From an uncultured Spirochaetota bacterium (GTDB taxonomy: Bacteria; Spirochaetota; Spirochaetia; SZUA-6; Fen-1364): 35,478 bases of DNA. The DNA is taken from assembly GCA_963734545.1 (NCBI GenBank), contig CAVTHO010000002.1, positions 1 through 35,478 on the forward strand, given 5' to 3'. The position numbers and the translations under genes are program-made. Positions 16,553 through 26,040 of this stretch are shown here, one piece after another. Below the pieces are notes generated by a model that worked only from the letters and a program-made list of their open reading frames with translations, did no database searches and had not been told where the DNA came from. Every line of letters starts with the position of its first letter. The first letter of the stretch is position 1.

Positions 16553-19500
16553 TCAGACGGCAACCTCGACCGCCAATTCCCGGTAGCGGCAGACGCCATT
16601 CGCCCAGCGCATCTGCTCGGGGGAGCCGCACTCGGGCTCCAGGAGACGACGCGCGGCAACGAGGATACAGGCGCACTGCGCGCGGCTCGTGGCCACGTTG
16701 AGGCGGTTGGGATTGTAGAGAAAGCCCATGCCGCGCGGGGCATCCTCCGCGGACGAGCTCGTCATGGAGTAGACGACCACCGGCGCCTGCTGTCCCTGGA
16801 ACCTGTCGACTGTGCCGACCCGCATGGAGGGGAGGCGGGCGCTGAGAGCGGAAACCTGGGCATTGTAGGGGGCGACGATGAGGATGTCGGACTGCTGGAG
16901 TCTCCGCACCACCCGTTGCGCATCGGTCCACGACACCCCCGGGCTGAGCAGGCTCCTGACGATATGTGCGACCGCTTCCACCTCCTCGGAGGAGCTGTTC
17001 TGATTGCCCGAGTGCTCCACCGGCACATAGAAAAGACCGCTTCCTTCAAACGGCGTGCCGCCTCGGAGCTCCTGCGCTTCGAGGCCGTCTCGGGAGCGCA
17101 GGCGACCTTCATAGAAAAGCTCGGAGGTGAATCTGCAGATGAGGGGGTGCAGCCGCCAGGATTCATCGAGGAAGAGACCAGCCTCGTCCGGCATCGTCTT
17201 CCGGCCTCCGAGCACATGGACAAGCGCGGCCACCTCCGCGCCCTCCGGGTGTGCGCCCCTCTGCGGCTGTTCGAGCTGCTGAGGGTCTCCGAGCAGCACC
17301 AGGTTGCGCGCGGCGCGCCCCGCTGCCAGCGCGTGCGCAAGTGACATCTGCCCCGCCTCGTCGACGAAGAGATAGTCGAGGGATTCTCTCATTTCCTCCC
17401 GTGCCCAGAACCAGGTCGTGCCGCCTGCCACCTTGCCCGCATCCAGACCCGCGCGCGCCTTTGCGTTGTCCGTCACCTCTTCGAGCCCTTCGATGGACTC
17501 GCCGCTCGATCTGCTGTCCTTGTGGACCGCCCGGAGAGGCGCCCCCTCGAGGGCAGCGGCATGCAGCACTTCTTTCAGAAGATTGACAATGACCTTGTGG
17601 CTGACAGCGGTCACGCCGATGCGCCTCCCCTCACGCGCGAGGGCCACGATCATGCGCGCGCCGGTATACGTCTTGCCCGGTGCCCGGCGGCCCCTGGATC
17701 GGCAGGACGCCATTGTCCAGACTGCGCGCGAGCCTGACAGCGGCCTCGACGATGCCCTCCCCCGGGCTGCGCAGCTTTTTCACCGGCGTGCGGAGGCGAG
17801 GGTTCTTTCTCAGCAGCAGGTCTCTTGCCGCGCGGTAGGGCCCCGTTCCGTCCACGCCCTTTTCGGCAATCGAGCGTGCAACCTGGAGCAAAGCGGTGTT
17901 GACCGGCTGCGGATTCACGCGATCATTCACCATCACTGCCGCGGGATGGAGCCCGGCCGCCTTGGAGTACTTTGCCACATCGAGCGTGCGGCCCGACAGG
18001 TCGAGCGCACTGACCTTGCCCACGGTGCCGCCGCCGACCTCGTGCAGCTCATCGCCCGGGTCGAAGGCGGCTTCCTGCTCCGGAAACCTGTAGCGATGGA
18101 CAGGGGACTTCTCCGAGCCTCCGACCGTCTCGATGAAATCCAGGCCGGCAATCGCCTTCCTTTCCTCGATGAGCTCCTCGTGCCCCAGGCCGTGAATCCT
18201 GAAGAACTCCCACCACGCGCACTTGTCCTCGCGCCGGAAGTATTCGAGCTGATGAGCGATGAGCCACCGTGCCCGCTCCGCCGGTCCCCATGTTTCACGA
18301 TCATCGGGAAGTCCCGCGGTCAGGCGGGTGTAGACCGCCTGCACGTCCGCCGCCCTGTCCTCCACCGATTCGCTTGCATCACCGCTCTTCTCCTCGGGCC
18401 GGGCGATGTCACCTCCCTGCGCGGCCAGCTCTGCGCGCCGCTCCTCGAGCCAGGTCCTGAGGGCGGCCGTTGAGAGGCAGTCGTCCCGATTGTACGCTTC
18501 CACGGCGGCACGGTCCGCGGCCGTGATCTCGGATGGCCCGCCCAGCTCCAGGGCCCAGGCGATACGGCGAAGCGCCGCCCCCGCGGCGGGGAGCTCCATG
18601 GCGCGCGTGAATCCGAAGGAATGCTCGAGCGATTTGAGCGAGTAGCTCTCGACACTCACGCGCAGCCCGTGACGCGTCACGGCGAGCAGATCCACGAACC
18701 GTTCGGCGCGCAGCAGCCGGTCGACCTCCGCCTCCCGCGTCCCGTACCGTCCAATAAGGCGCTTCACCGCTGCCGGCTCATACGGGGAATAGTGGTAGAC
18801 GTGCATCCCGGGATGCGCCCGCCAGCGCTCCACGAGGAAATCGATGAAACCTTCTATCGCTTTCCGCTCCTCGGCCCGGTCGAATGCCCAGAAGCTTCTA
18901 TAGAGGAGCGCCCCGTTCTCCCCCGAGAAGAGCGTCCCGTTCTCCCCGGCGAATGCCGCGCCGAGCAGGTACTCCATGCCCCCATCCCCCGCGAAGGAAT
19001 CCGACTCGATGTCGAAGAAGACGTCCCCTGCCGACGGCTCGGGCAGGAGGGCGAGGCCATACCCGGGCTCCGGAACCAGGAGCTCGTAGAGGGGCTTGCC
19101 GGCAAGCCTGCCGGCAAGCTGGATCCGGGCCTGGCCGTGCACCCTGGCAAACGCCTCTGCGTTCCCGCGCGCCGGCTTCTCGCGGAGCGGCGCCGGCTCT
19201 TCAGCGAACTGCCGGAGAGTGTGAATTCCCTGCCGCTCGAGCTCGCCGATGTGGAGCGGGCGGATCCCTGCCACGAGACAGAGATTGTCATCCGTGTGCC
19301 TGCGCGCATCGCACTCCCGCGCCCACCGGCAGATGTCGCAGTGTGCCACCGGGTCCGGATACGTCGATTGCGAGGGCGGGGCTGCAATGGTCTCCTCCAG
19401 ACGACGCCGGACCAGGCGATAGTAGGCGGCGAAATCCTCATAACGAAAGCTCTCCCGGGGAAATCCCGGCCCCGGCCGGACCACGTGCATCAGGGAAGGA

Positions 19501-19982
19501 GCCCGGCCCTGCACGGCTGCGACCAGGTCGGTGTAGAGGCAGAGCTGGAGGACCGTCCCGCCGCGCGTCTCCTGCGCGAGCTTCGTATCGACGACTTCGT
19601 AGGACCAGCTGCCGAGATCGCTGGGCTGCGGGACCCGGAGGAGCACGTCCGCGCGGCCTGTCCACTGGTCCCTGCCGAGGCTCGCCTGCACTATCGCGTC
19701 GATCCCGTCCTGCATCGCGGCCACGGTTCGATCGACAGGCGCCCTGCCCTGGTCATCTGCCAGCGCGAGGACACGCAGGCCCTCTGCGCGGAGATGCTCG
19801 ATGTACGCCTGCTCGTGACGCAGGCCTCTCTCCTGCAGCAGCGCGAGCCCCGGGTCCCTCCAGGCAGGGGCCTTGCGTTGTCCCTCGGCAACGGCCCGGT
19901 CGAGCTGGGTCAGGTGCCGGCAGGCGAGATGATTCGCGACGTCGGTCGCGGAAAGCCGAAGGACCCCTCCGTCCCTGTGCAT
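16553..19982 (-). CDS. TM0106-family RecB/Cas4-like nuclease, RNase H-like domain and Upf1/DNA2-type SF1 helicase fusion (1-nt insertion ~17678)
   Basis: LSATDVANHLAC, GRADVL..VVDTK (PD-D/ExK), HCDICRWAREC, FFDIE/YHYSPYE/SYSLK/YNRDDC, QGPPGTG/KT Walker A, DEAGQ, GDPQQL, GTVDRFQGQ, RLNVATSRA. Confidence 0.9.
18906..18953. repeat. In-frame tandem duplication, 2 x 24 bp
   Basis: GAGCGCCCCGTTCTCCCCCGAGAA / GAGCGTCCCGTTCTCCCCGGCGAA (21/24 identical), encoding FAGENGTL / FSGENGAL. Confidence 0.8.
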
Positions 19983-19989
19983 GGGCAAG

Positions 19990-20018
19990 AGGATAGCGGT
20001 ACCGCATGGCAGGGACAA
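19990..20018 (-). promoter_or_regulatory. Sigma70-type promoter, leaderless (TTGTCC-N17-TATCCT-N7-ATG)
   Basis: Read on the minus strand upstream of ATG 19982; no SD. Confidence 0.6.
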
Positions 20019-20049
20019 GCAGAGCGCAAAACCGTCAGGCCCTCGAGAG

Positions 20050-20078
20050 TTGCCGCACGGCCGTTCTTGTCGTATTGT
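20050..20078 (+). promoter_or_regulatory. Sigma70-type promoter, near-leaderless (TTGCCG-N17-TATTGT-N9-ATG)
   Basis: TTGCCG 20050-20055, TATTGT 20073-20078, ATG 20088, no SD. Confidence 0.55.
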
Positions 20079-20087
20079 GAAACTGCC

Positions 20088-21026
20088 ATGAACAAGCGTG
20101 AGCTTCTGCTTTCCCTCCTCGATGACTCCTGGAAGCCGAAGATGGTGCCCGCGGCGTTCTTCCTGCATTTCGATCCCGCCTTTCACAGAGGCCAGGCCGC
20201 GATCGACAGGCACCTGGAATATTTCCGCTTCACCGGCATGGACTTCGTGAAGATCCAGTTCGAGCACCCGTTCCCCCGCCTGGAAATTACCCGGCCCCGG
20301 GACTGGGGCAAGGTGCCGCTGTATGACCCGGGTTTTTTCGAAGCTCCACTGAAAGTCGTGGAAGGCCTGGTGAAAGCGGCCGGTCGGGAAGCCCTGGTTC
20401 TTGTGACGCTCTACTCGCCGTTCATGCTGGCCTGTCAGACGGCGGGCGCGGAAACGGTGGTGCGTCATGCCCAGGAGGACCCGGAGGCGTTCAAGCGCGG
20501 CATCGGGGTCATCACCGAGGGCCTGCTCGGTTTCGTGAAGGAATGCGTCAGGCTCGGCCTGGACGGGTTCTACTCCTCCACGCAGGGCGGGGAAAGCGGC
20601 CGATTCTCCGACCCGAAGGCCTTCACGGAGTGCGTCCGTCCCTACGACCTGGCTGTCATGACGGAAATCAATGCGCGGTGCCGTTTCAATATCCTGCACG
20701 TCTGCGACTACCACCTGCCCTACTCGGACATCGCTCCCTACACGAGCTACCCCGGTCACGTCGTCAATGCGAGCCTGCGCATGACCGGCGGGGAAATCAG
20801 CGCGCGGGAGGTATCGCGGATGTTCAAACGGCCATTCATGGGAGGTCTCGAGCGCAAAGGCGTGATCGCAAACGGCTCGCCGGAGGCGATTCGGGCCGCC
20901 GTGCGGGAAGCGCTCCGGGATGCCCCCGAGCGCTTCATACTCGGCGCCGACTGTACCGTGCCGGCCGACACGCCGTGGGACAACATCCGGACGGCAATCC
21001 AGGCCGCGCACGAGGCTGCGAGGTAG
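20088..21026 (+). CDS. Uroporphyrinogen decarboxylase / methylcobamide methyltransferase-like family protein
   Basis: TLYSPF, NILHVCD, FMGGLERKG, RFILGADCTVP..TPWDNI; the upstream part of the 801-aa ORF is a shadow of the helicase. Confidence 0.85.
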   Translation: MNKRELLLSLLDDSWKPKMVPAAFFLHFDPAFHRGQAAIDRHLEYFRFTGMDFVKIQFEHPFPRLEITRPRDWGKVPLYDPGFFEAPLKVVEGLVKAAGREALVLVTLYSPFMLACQTAGAETVVRHAQEDPEAFKRGIGVITEGLLGFVKECVRLGLDGFYSSTQGGESGRFSDPKAFTECVRPYDLAVMTEINARCRFNILHVCDYHLPYSDIAPYTSYPGHVVNASLRMTGGEISAREVSRMFKRPFMGGLERKGVIANGSPEAIRAAVREALRDAPERFILGADCTVPADTPWDNIRTAIQAAHEAAR

Positions 21027-21031
21027 ACAGC

Positions 21032-22168
21032 ATGCCCCTGTCTGCCCGTGGGCTTGCGTTGCTCATAGGATGCGTCGGCCTGTGGATTTCCTTCCCGGTC
21101 CAGGCGCAGTCATCCACGGGATCGCCCTCTGCCCGCACGCTTCCCTTCCCGTTGAACGCCCCGCCCGGGTTCCACGTCGAGCTCGTATCCAGCCGGGTCG
21201 GCGGAGCGCGCTTCATCGCCGTGGCTCCGAACGGCGACATACTCGTTGCCCAGATATCGCGCGGCGCCGTGGTGGCCGTGCATCCCGATGCGCCGCCTGG
21301 CGCGCAGCCGACGCTGGTCGCGGACGGGCTTGCCCTTCCCAATGCGGTGGCATTTCGGGGAAACGACCTCTACATCGCTGTCTGGAGCGGAGTGGTCGTC
21401 ATCCGCGACTATCCGCGCGGCACAGGCTCGCCGCGCGTTCTGTTCTCCGACATGCCCCGCAGTGGAGATCACAACGCCCGAGCGCTCGCGCTCGACCCGG
21501 AGGGAGACATATTCATTTCATCCGGTTCCTCCTGCAATGTCTGCCGGGAAGAAGACGCGCGGCTCGCCACCATTCTCCACTACGGTCGGACGGAAACGGC
21601 GGCAGGATCTATGCATCCGGACTCCGCAACGCGAGCGGCCTTGCCTTCGGACTCCCGCGGCCGGCTCTGGGCAGTGGTCAACCAGCGGGACAACCTGGCG
21701 CCCGACCACACGGATCTGCCGCCCGGAGGAGCTGAACCTGATCAAGGAAGGCGGGAATTACGGATGGCCGACAACGTACCCGATCGGCAGACAAGCGCCT
21801 GCCGAATCCCGAGTTCCCCGGTGCCTCGATTGAAGGGATACTCCCCACGACCCTCAATTTCCAGGCACATTCGGCGCCTCTGCAGGCGGTATTCTACAAC
21901 GCCGCGCAATTCCCGGATCGATTCCGCGGCGCGTTGTTCGTGGCGTTTCACGGCTCATGGAACCGGAATCCGCCCACCGGCTGACAAGTTGGTTGCCGTC
22001 ACATACCAGGACGGCATTCCCACGCGGGTGGAGGATTTCGTGACCGGCTGGCTGACACCGGATCGGAGGGTCCATGGACGGCCCGTGGGCGTTGCGGTGG
22101 CGGCGGACGGCTCCCTGTACGTGAGCGACGACACCGGCTATCTCTTCCGGGTCCGGTACGGAAGCTGA
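21032..22168 (+). CDS. PQQ-dependent sugar / L-sorbosone dehydrogenase-like beta-propeller, exported (several frameshifts ~21590-21980)
   Basis: Signal peptide ending VQAQ; PPGFHVEL, ISSGSSCNVC, YASGLRN, GGNYGWP, HSAPL, AFHGSWNR, GRPVGVAVAADGSLYVSDD spread across frames. Confidence 0.8.
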   Translation: MPLSARGLALLIGCVGLWISFPVQAQSSTGSPSARTLPFPLNAPPGFHVELVSSRVGGARFIAVAPNGDILVAQISRGAVVAVHPDAPPGAQPTLVADGLALPNAVAFRGNDLYIAVWSGVVVIRDYPRGTGSPRVLFSDMPRSGDHNARALALDPEGDIFISSGSSCNVCREEDARLATILHYGRTETAAGSMHPDSATRAALPSDSRGRLWAVVNQRDNLAPDHTDLPPGGAEPDQGRRELRMADNVPDRQTSACRIPSSPVPRLKGYSPRPSISRHIRRLCRRYSTTPRNSRIDSAARCSWRFTAHGTGIRPPADKLVAVTYQDGIPTRVEDFVTGWLTPDRRVHGRPVGVAVAADGSLYVSDDTGYLFRVRYGS

Positions 22169-22186
22169 TACGAGCGGGGGGATCGT

Positions 22187-22729
22187 GTGGCCGGCAGGCA
22201 GGTAGCGTTTCTGCGCGGGGTCAATGTCGGACGCGGCAACCGGATTTCGATGGCCGCGCTGCGCGACCTCGTCTCACAGCTCGGATATGGCGACGTGACG
22301 ACGCTTCTCAACAGCGGCAATGTCGTATTCACGGTTCCCCGGGCGGCTCCGCGGGACACCGCCGCCCGCATTGAAAAGGCTCTCGCTGCAGAGCTGGAAA
22401 TTACTGTCCGGGTGACGGTGCTGTCTTCCGCGGAGCTCGCCACGGTGATCGAAGAGAATCCTCTCCTGAAGTTCGCTGACAATCCTTCCCGTCTGCTCGT
22501 CGCGCTGCTTCGAAACCCTGCGGACCGCGCGAAGCTCGCGCCTCTTTCAAGACAGGACTGGGGCAAAGACGCTCTGGGAGTCGGCACGATTGCGGCGTAT
22601 CTCTGGTGCGCCGAAGGAGTGATCGCGAGCAGGCTCAACCAGGAGGTCAATCGTCTCCTGGGAGACGGAGTCACGAGCCGCAACTGGGCAACGATCCTGA
22701 AGCTCCACGACATGATGAACGGGGCGTGA
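22187..22729 (+). CDS. DUF1697 family protein
   Basis: VAFLRGVNVG, TLLNSGNVVF, TSRNWATI. Confidence 0.88.
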   Translation: MAGRQVAFLRGVNVGRGNRISMAALRDLVSQLGYGDVTTLLNSGNVVFTVPRAAPRDTAARIEKALAAELEITVRVTVLSSAELATVIEENPLLKFADNPSRLLVALLRNPADRAKLAPLSRQDWGKDALGVGTIAAYLWCAEGVIASRLNQEVNRLLGDGVTSRNWATILKLHDMMNGA

Positions 22730-22748
22730 GTCAGCCGGCCGCCGCGCG

Positions 22749-25165
22749 CTACGCCTGCGCACGCACGCGCCGGGGGATCTTGAGCGCAAGAGCCGCGGCG
22801 TAGACCGCGGCAGACAGCACGAGGAGCAGGCGAATTCCCGACCCTGCGGCAAGAAGCGGCGCCGCCGCTGCGGCAATCACGGAGGCAGAGCCATTGGCGG
22901 CCCATGCAAGGGCACGGTCACCCGGTCCGCCCGGCTCTCTCAGGGCCAGCGGAAAGGGAACGCCGAGGATCATGCCCGGCAAGGCAAGCAGCCCGAGTGC
23001 AATGATGATCCGCAGGGGGAGGGCGAGGGGAAGAAGCAGTTCGAAAAGCGCAGGCAGTGCGAAGGCTGCTGCCAGAAGGACCGCGGCCGAGCCAGCCGCG
23101 GCGATTGGAAGCCAGCGCGCTCCGAGCCGGGCGGTGGCAAGTCCGCCGATGCCTGAGAACGCGAGCATGCCGCCAAGGGTAACCACGATGGCCAGGGACG
23201 GGGCGGCGAAAAGCACGCTCAACGCGTCCAGAAAGGCGATCTCGGCGAACAGATAGCCGCAGCCCACCGACGCGAAAAAGAGCAGCTGCCGTGCGCGCAA
23301 GGGTCGTGGAGCAGGAGGCGTCGATGGCGCCGCGGGCAGTCTCCATGCAGCTCCTGCCATGAGCAGCAGGCTGGCAAAGACGGCAATCAAGAGGCCGGCA
23401 GTGGCCACGAGCTCGCCCGAGGCGAGGAATCGGTGGATCATTCCGCCGGTTGAGCGCAGGTAGTCGGCCGCTCTCAGCCATCGGAGAAACCGGCTGGGAA
23501 ACGGTCGATCGTCGGTCTCGGGAGCCACGTCGAGAAAATAGCCCCTGGTGAATCCGGGATCGCGCATCAGCTTTTCGTACGTCTCGAAGTACCAGGGTCG
23601 CTCGAGCTTCACGAATCGACCGGTGTCGGCAGCGGTGATTCCGGGAAACCAATCCAGATCGAACCCTCGCTCCCGGCAGAAGCTTTTCAACGCCTCCAGG
23701 AGCTCGAACCGCGGAATGGCCGGCGCGAGACCAGCAGCACGCACACGTCCCAGCTTCTTGCCATGGCGAGGTGCTCCTCGGGCGTCTGGATCCCTTCGCG
23801 CGCGAGCGCCTCACGCGCCGTCGCGAGGAGCCGCACGGAGTCCGAGGGGGGAAGCACATTCGTCCTGCCGAGGATGATCACCCCGGTTTCGCTGAGTCTC
23901 GTCCAGTACTCCTGAAAAGCGTCCACGGTGAGCAGGGCATCGGTAGAGAGGCTGGCCATGCCCGGAAGCAGAGGACCCCAGTTCTCCACGTGGATCACGT
24001 CGTAACGGGTCCTCGACCTTCTCACAGCCGCGCGTGGGTTTCCTGAGATGACCTCCATATCGCAGGCGCGATACCACTCCGCGATACGGCGGGCAATGCC
24101 GGGCGCGCCGGCCGCTACCGTAATGCTCCGGCTGCGGGCCTCGATCGCGCAGACGATGCCGAGCCCTCCATCACGCTGGACTATCAGGCACGCGTCCAGG
24201 CCGCTGCGGGAGCGCGATGCGCCGCCGGTCCCAATCGCAGCCAGCGCGTATGCCGAGTAGCAAAGGCTCAGCCGGGCGAACGAGGAATCCGCGGGCCTCG
24301 TGAGCCTGTAGAGAGTCGTGAGGTCGTCGCCGTCCGTGAAGATCCCCGCCTGGCGCGGGAGCTCGTCGGAGAATGAGAGGCTGAGGCCGGGCGCAAAACG
24401 GAGCTGAGGGCTTTCCATCACGCTGAGACTGCCCCAGAGCCCTGTCTCCCGGTCGCTGACGCTGTTGCCCGGGATCATGAGGAGCTGCGAAAGCGCCTTG
24501 TACGGCGAAGGCTGGAGGGCGAGCGTGCCGCCTGAGAAGCTGAGAAAGACGGCGCAGCACGCTGCCGCGGCGCACGACCCGCTCAGAACGATGCTCCGCG
24601 GGCGGTTCCGATCACGGGGGGCGCGCACGACCGCGGCGGCACCGGGCACGAGGGCCGCGATCGCCGCCGCCGCGATGGCTCCTCCCTCCCCGAGAAGCGG
24701 GAACAGCAGCGCGGGAAGCGCGGCCCCGGCCGCGCTTCCCGTCATTGCGGCGCAGGCAACCGCGCCACTCCTCCCGGGCATGCGCGCGTACGCGAGGCAC
24801 GTGGCAAGACCGGCAAAGAAAAAGGGCAGCGCGAGAAGCAGGTAGGCGGCGAGCAGGTAGAAGAGCTGCGCCCTGTCAACGGGAAGTCGAAAGAAGTCCA
24901 GCGGGATCCGCCGGGCGAGGATGAACGATCCGAGCGTACTGATGCCCGCGAGGAGCGAGACCGCCGCACCCATCGACCGCTCGTGCGCGCGCGCGAGCGT
25001 GGGGGTGCGCGCGACCAGGACCCCCGCGGCCGCGGACCCGAGCATGGCGATTCCGATCACGAGCGGGGCGAGGTGACTCCACTGCGAGACGGCAAACCAC
25101 CGGGTAAGCGCGATCTCGTACAGGAGTGATGAAAGGGAGAGTGCGAAAACCGTTGCAAGGGTCAT
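22749..25165 (-). CDS. Spermidine-synthase-like polytopic membrane protein (frameshift ~23740)
   Basis: LYEIALTR, LALPFFFAGL, FAPGLSL, YDVI, LLTVDAF, TDDRPF, GYLFAEI, GVPFP, WAANGSASV; ATGA-coupled to pcm. Confidence 0.75.
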
Positions 25166-25866
25166 GGAAGGCCCTGCAAGCCCCTCCCGGTCAGCGGCAC
25201 AAAGAGCACGCCCGTGATGTATTCGATCGAGTACGTGTTTCCCTTCTTCGTTACCCGGACGAGGTTCTGCGTGCCGAAGGGATTGCCGAGCGGCAGGACC
25301 ATGCGGCCGCCCTCCGCGAGCTGCCCGAGAAGGGGAGGCGGGACGGTTCCCACGGCGGCGGTGATCATGACGCAGTCGAATGGCGCCTCTTCTTTCCAGC
25401 CGTACCAGCCGTCCCCCGGCCGGGCATGCACGTTCGCGAGGTCGAGCGCTGACAGGAGTCCGGCAGCCCGCTGCTGCAGAATCGGCTTGATCTCGATCGT
25501 GAAGACCTCCTTCGCAACCCGGGAGAGAACGGCCGCCTGATAACCCGAGCCGGTCCCGATCTCCAGGACCCGCTCGCGGCCGGTGAGGCGCAGGCACTCG
25601 GTCATGAGGGCGACGATATACGGCTGGGAGATGGTCTGGCCCTCGCCGATCGGCAGCGGGTTGTCGGTGTACGCCTGGCCGCGCAGGCTCTCGGGCACGA
25701 AGAGGTGCCGCTCGACCGCGCGCATGGCGTCGAGGACCCGCCGGTCCCTGATGCCGCGGGCCTCGATCTGCTCGGTCACCATCCGAGCGCGAAGCTCCGA
25801 GAAGTCCTGCGCAGAAGCGGCAAAGGGGATGACAAGAAGGAACAGCGCCGGGAGTGAACGGAGCAT
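25162..25866 (-). CDS. pcm: Protein-L-isoaspartate(D-aspartate) O-methyltransferase with N-terminal signal-peptide-like sequence
   Basis: RHLFVP, LPIGEGQTISQPYIVALMT, VLEIGTGSGYQAAVL, GDGWYGW..APFD, FVPL; SD GGAGGG. Confidence 0.93.
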   Translation of the reverse strand: MLRSLPALFLLVIPFAASAQDFSELRARMVTEQIEARGIRDRRVLDAMRAVERHLFVPESLRGQAYTDNPLPIGEGQTISQPYIVALMTECLRLTGRERVLEIGTGSGYQAAVLSRVAKEVFTIEIKPILQQRAAGLLSALDLANVHARPGDGWYGWKEEAPFDCVMITAAVGTVPPPLLGQLAEGGRMVLPLGNPFGTQNLVRVTKKGNTYSIEYITGVLFVPLTGRGLQGLP

Positions 25867-25890
25867 TGCGTGCCCTCCGCAGATCAAGAG

Positions 25891-26040
25891 TATAATCCCG
25901 GCCTCGAGGCCTATCAACACGTCGAGAAGCGGCTCCGGAGAGCCTCGTCCGCCACCTTCCCCAAGTCGGACTTTTTTGATAGGGTACGGAAAACATCGTC
26001 TGGTGACTATGGCGCAGGGGAACCACCCGTTATTCTCGAG
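25891..26040 (+). promoter_or_regulatory. TATAAT -10 element plus structured 5' leader (candidate cis-regulatory RNA) of the queuosine-precursor transporter
   Basis: TATAAT 25891-25896; nested stems CCTATCAA/TTGATAGG, GGCTC/GAGCC, GTCCG/CGGAC; possible long-range pairing to the initiation region. Confidence 0.35.

Noticed and set aside
17670-17700. Programmed ribosomal frameshift in the helicase Walker A
   Set aside because: No slippery heptamer; a single extra G in a short G run fits the sequencing-error pattern across the window
19094-19119. Palindrome/direct repeat GCTTGCCGGCAAGC..TGCCGGCAAGC
   Set aside because: Lies inside coding sequence (LAGRLAGK) and is explained by codon repetition in GC-rich DNA
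16553-19982. CRISPR-Cas locus suggested by the Cas4-like nuclease
   Set aside because: No repeat-spacer array or other cas gene in the window; the architecture is TM0106 nuclease plus helicase
18621-21011. Long overlapping N-terminal extensions of the 801-aa (+) and 1126-aa (-) ORFs
   Set aside because: Each extension is the antisense shadow of the other gene; promoters fix the starts at 20088 (+) and 19982 (-)
25900-26040. Known preQ1-I, SAM-I, purine or cobalamin riboswitch
   Set aside because: Could not match their conserved cores by eye (no A-rich preQ1-I tail, no SAM-I GCAACC/GGTGC core); kept only as an unassigned candidate
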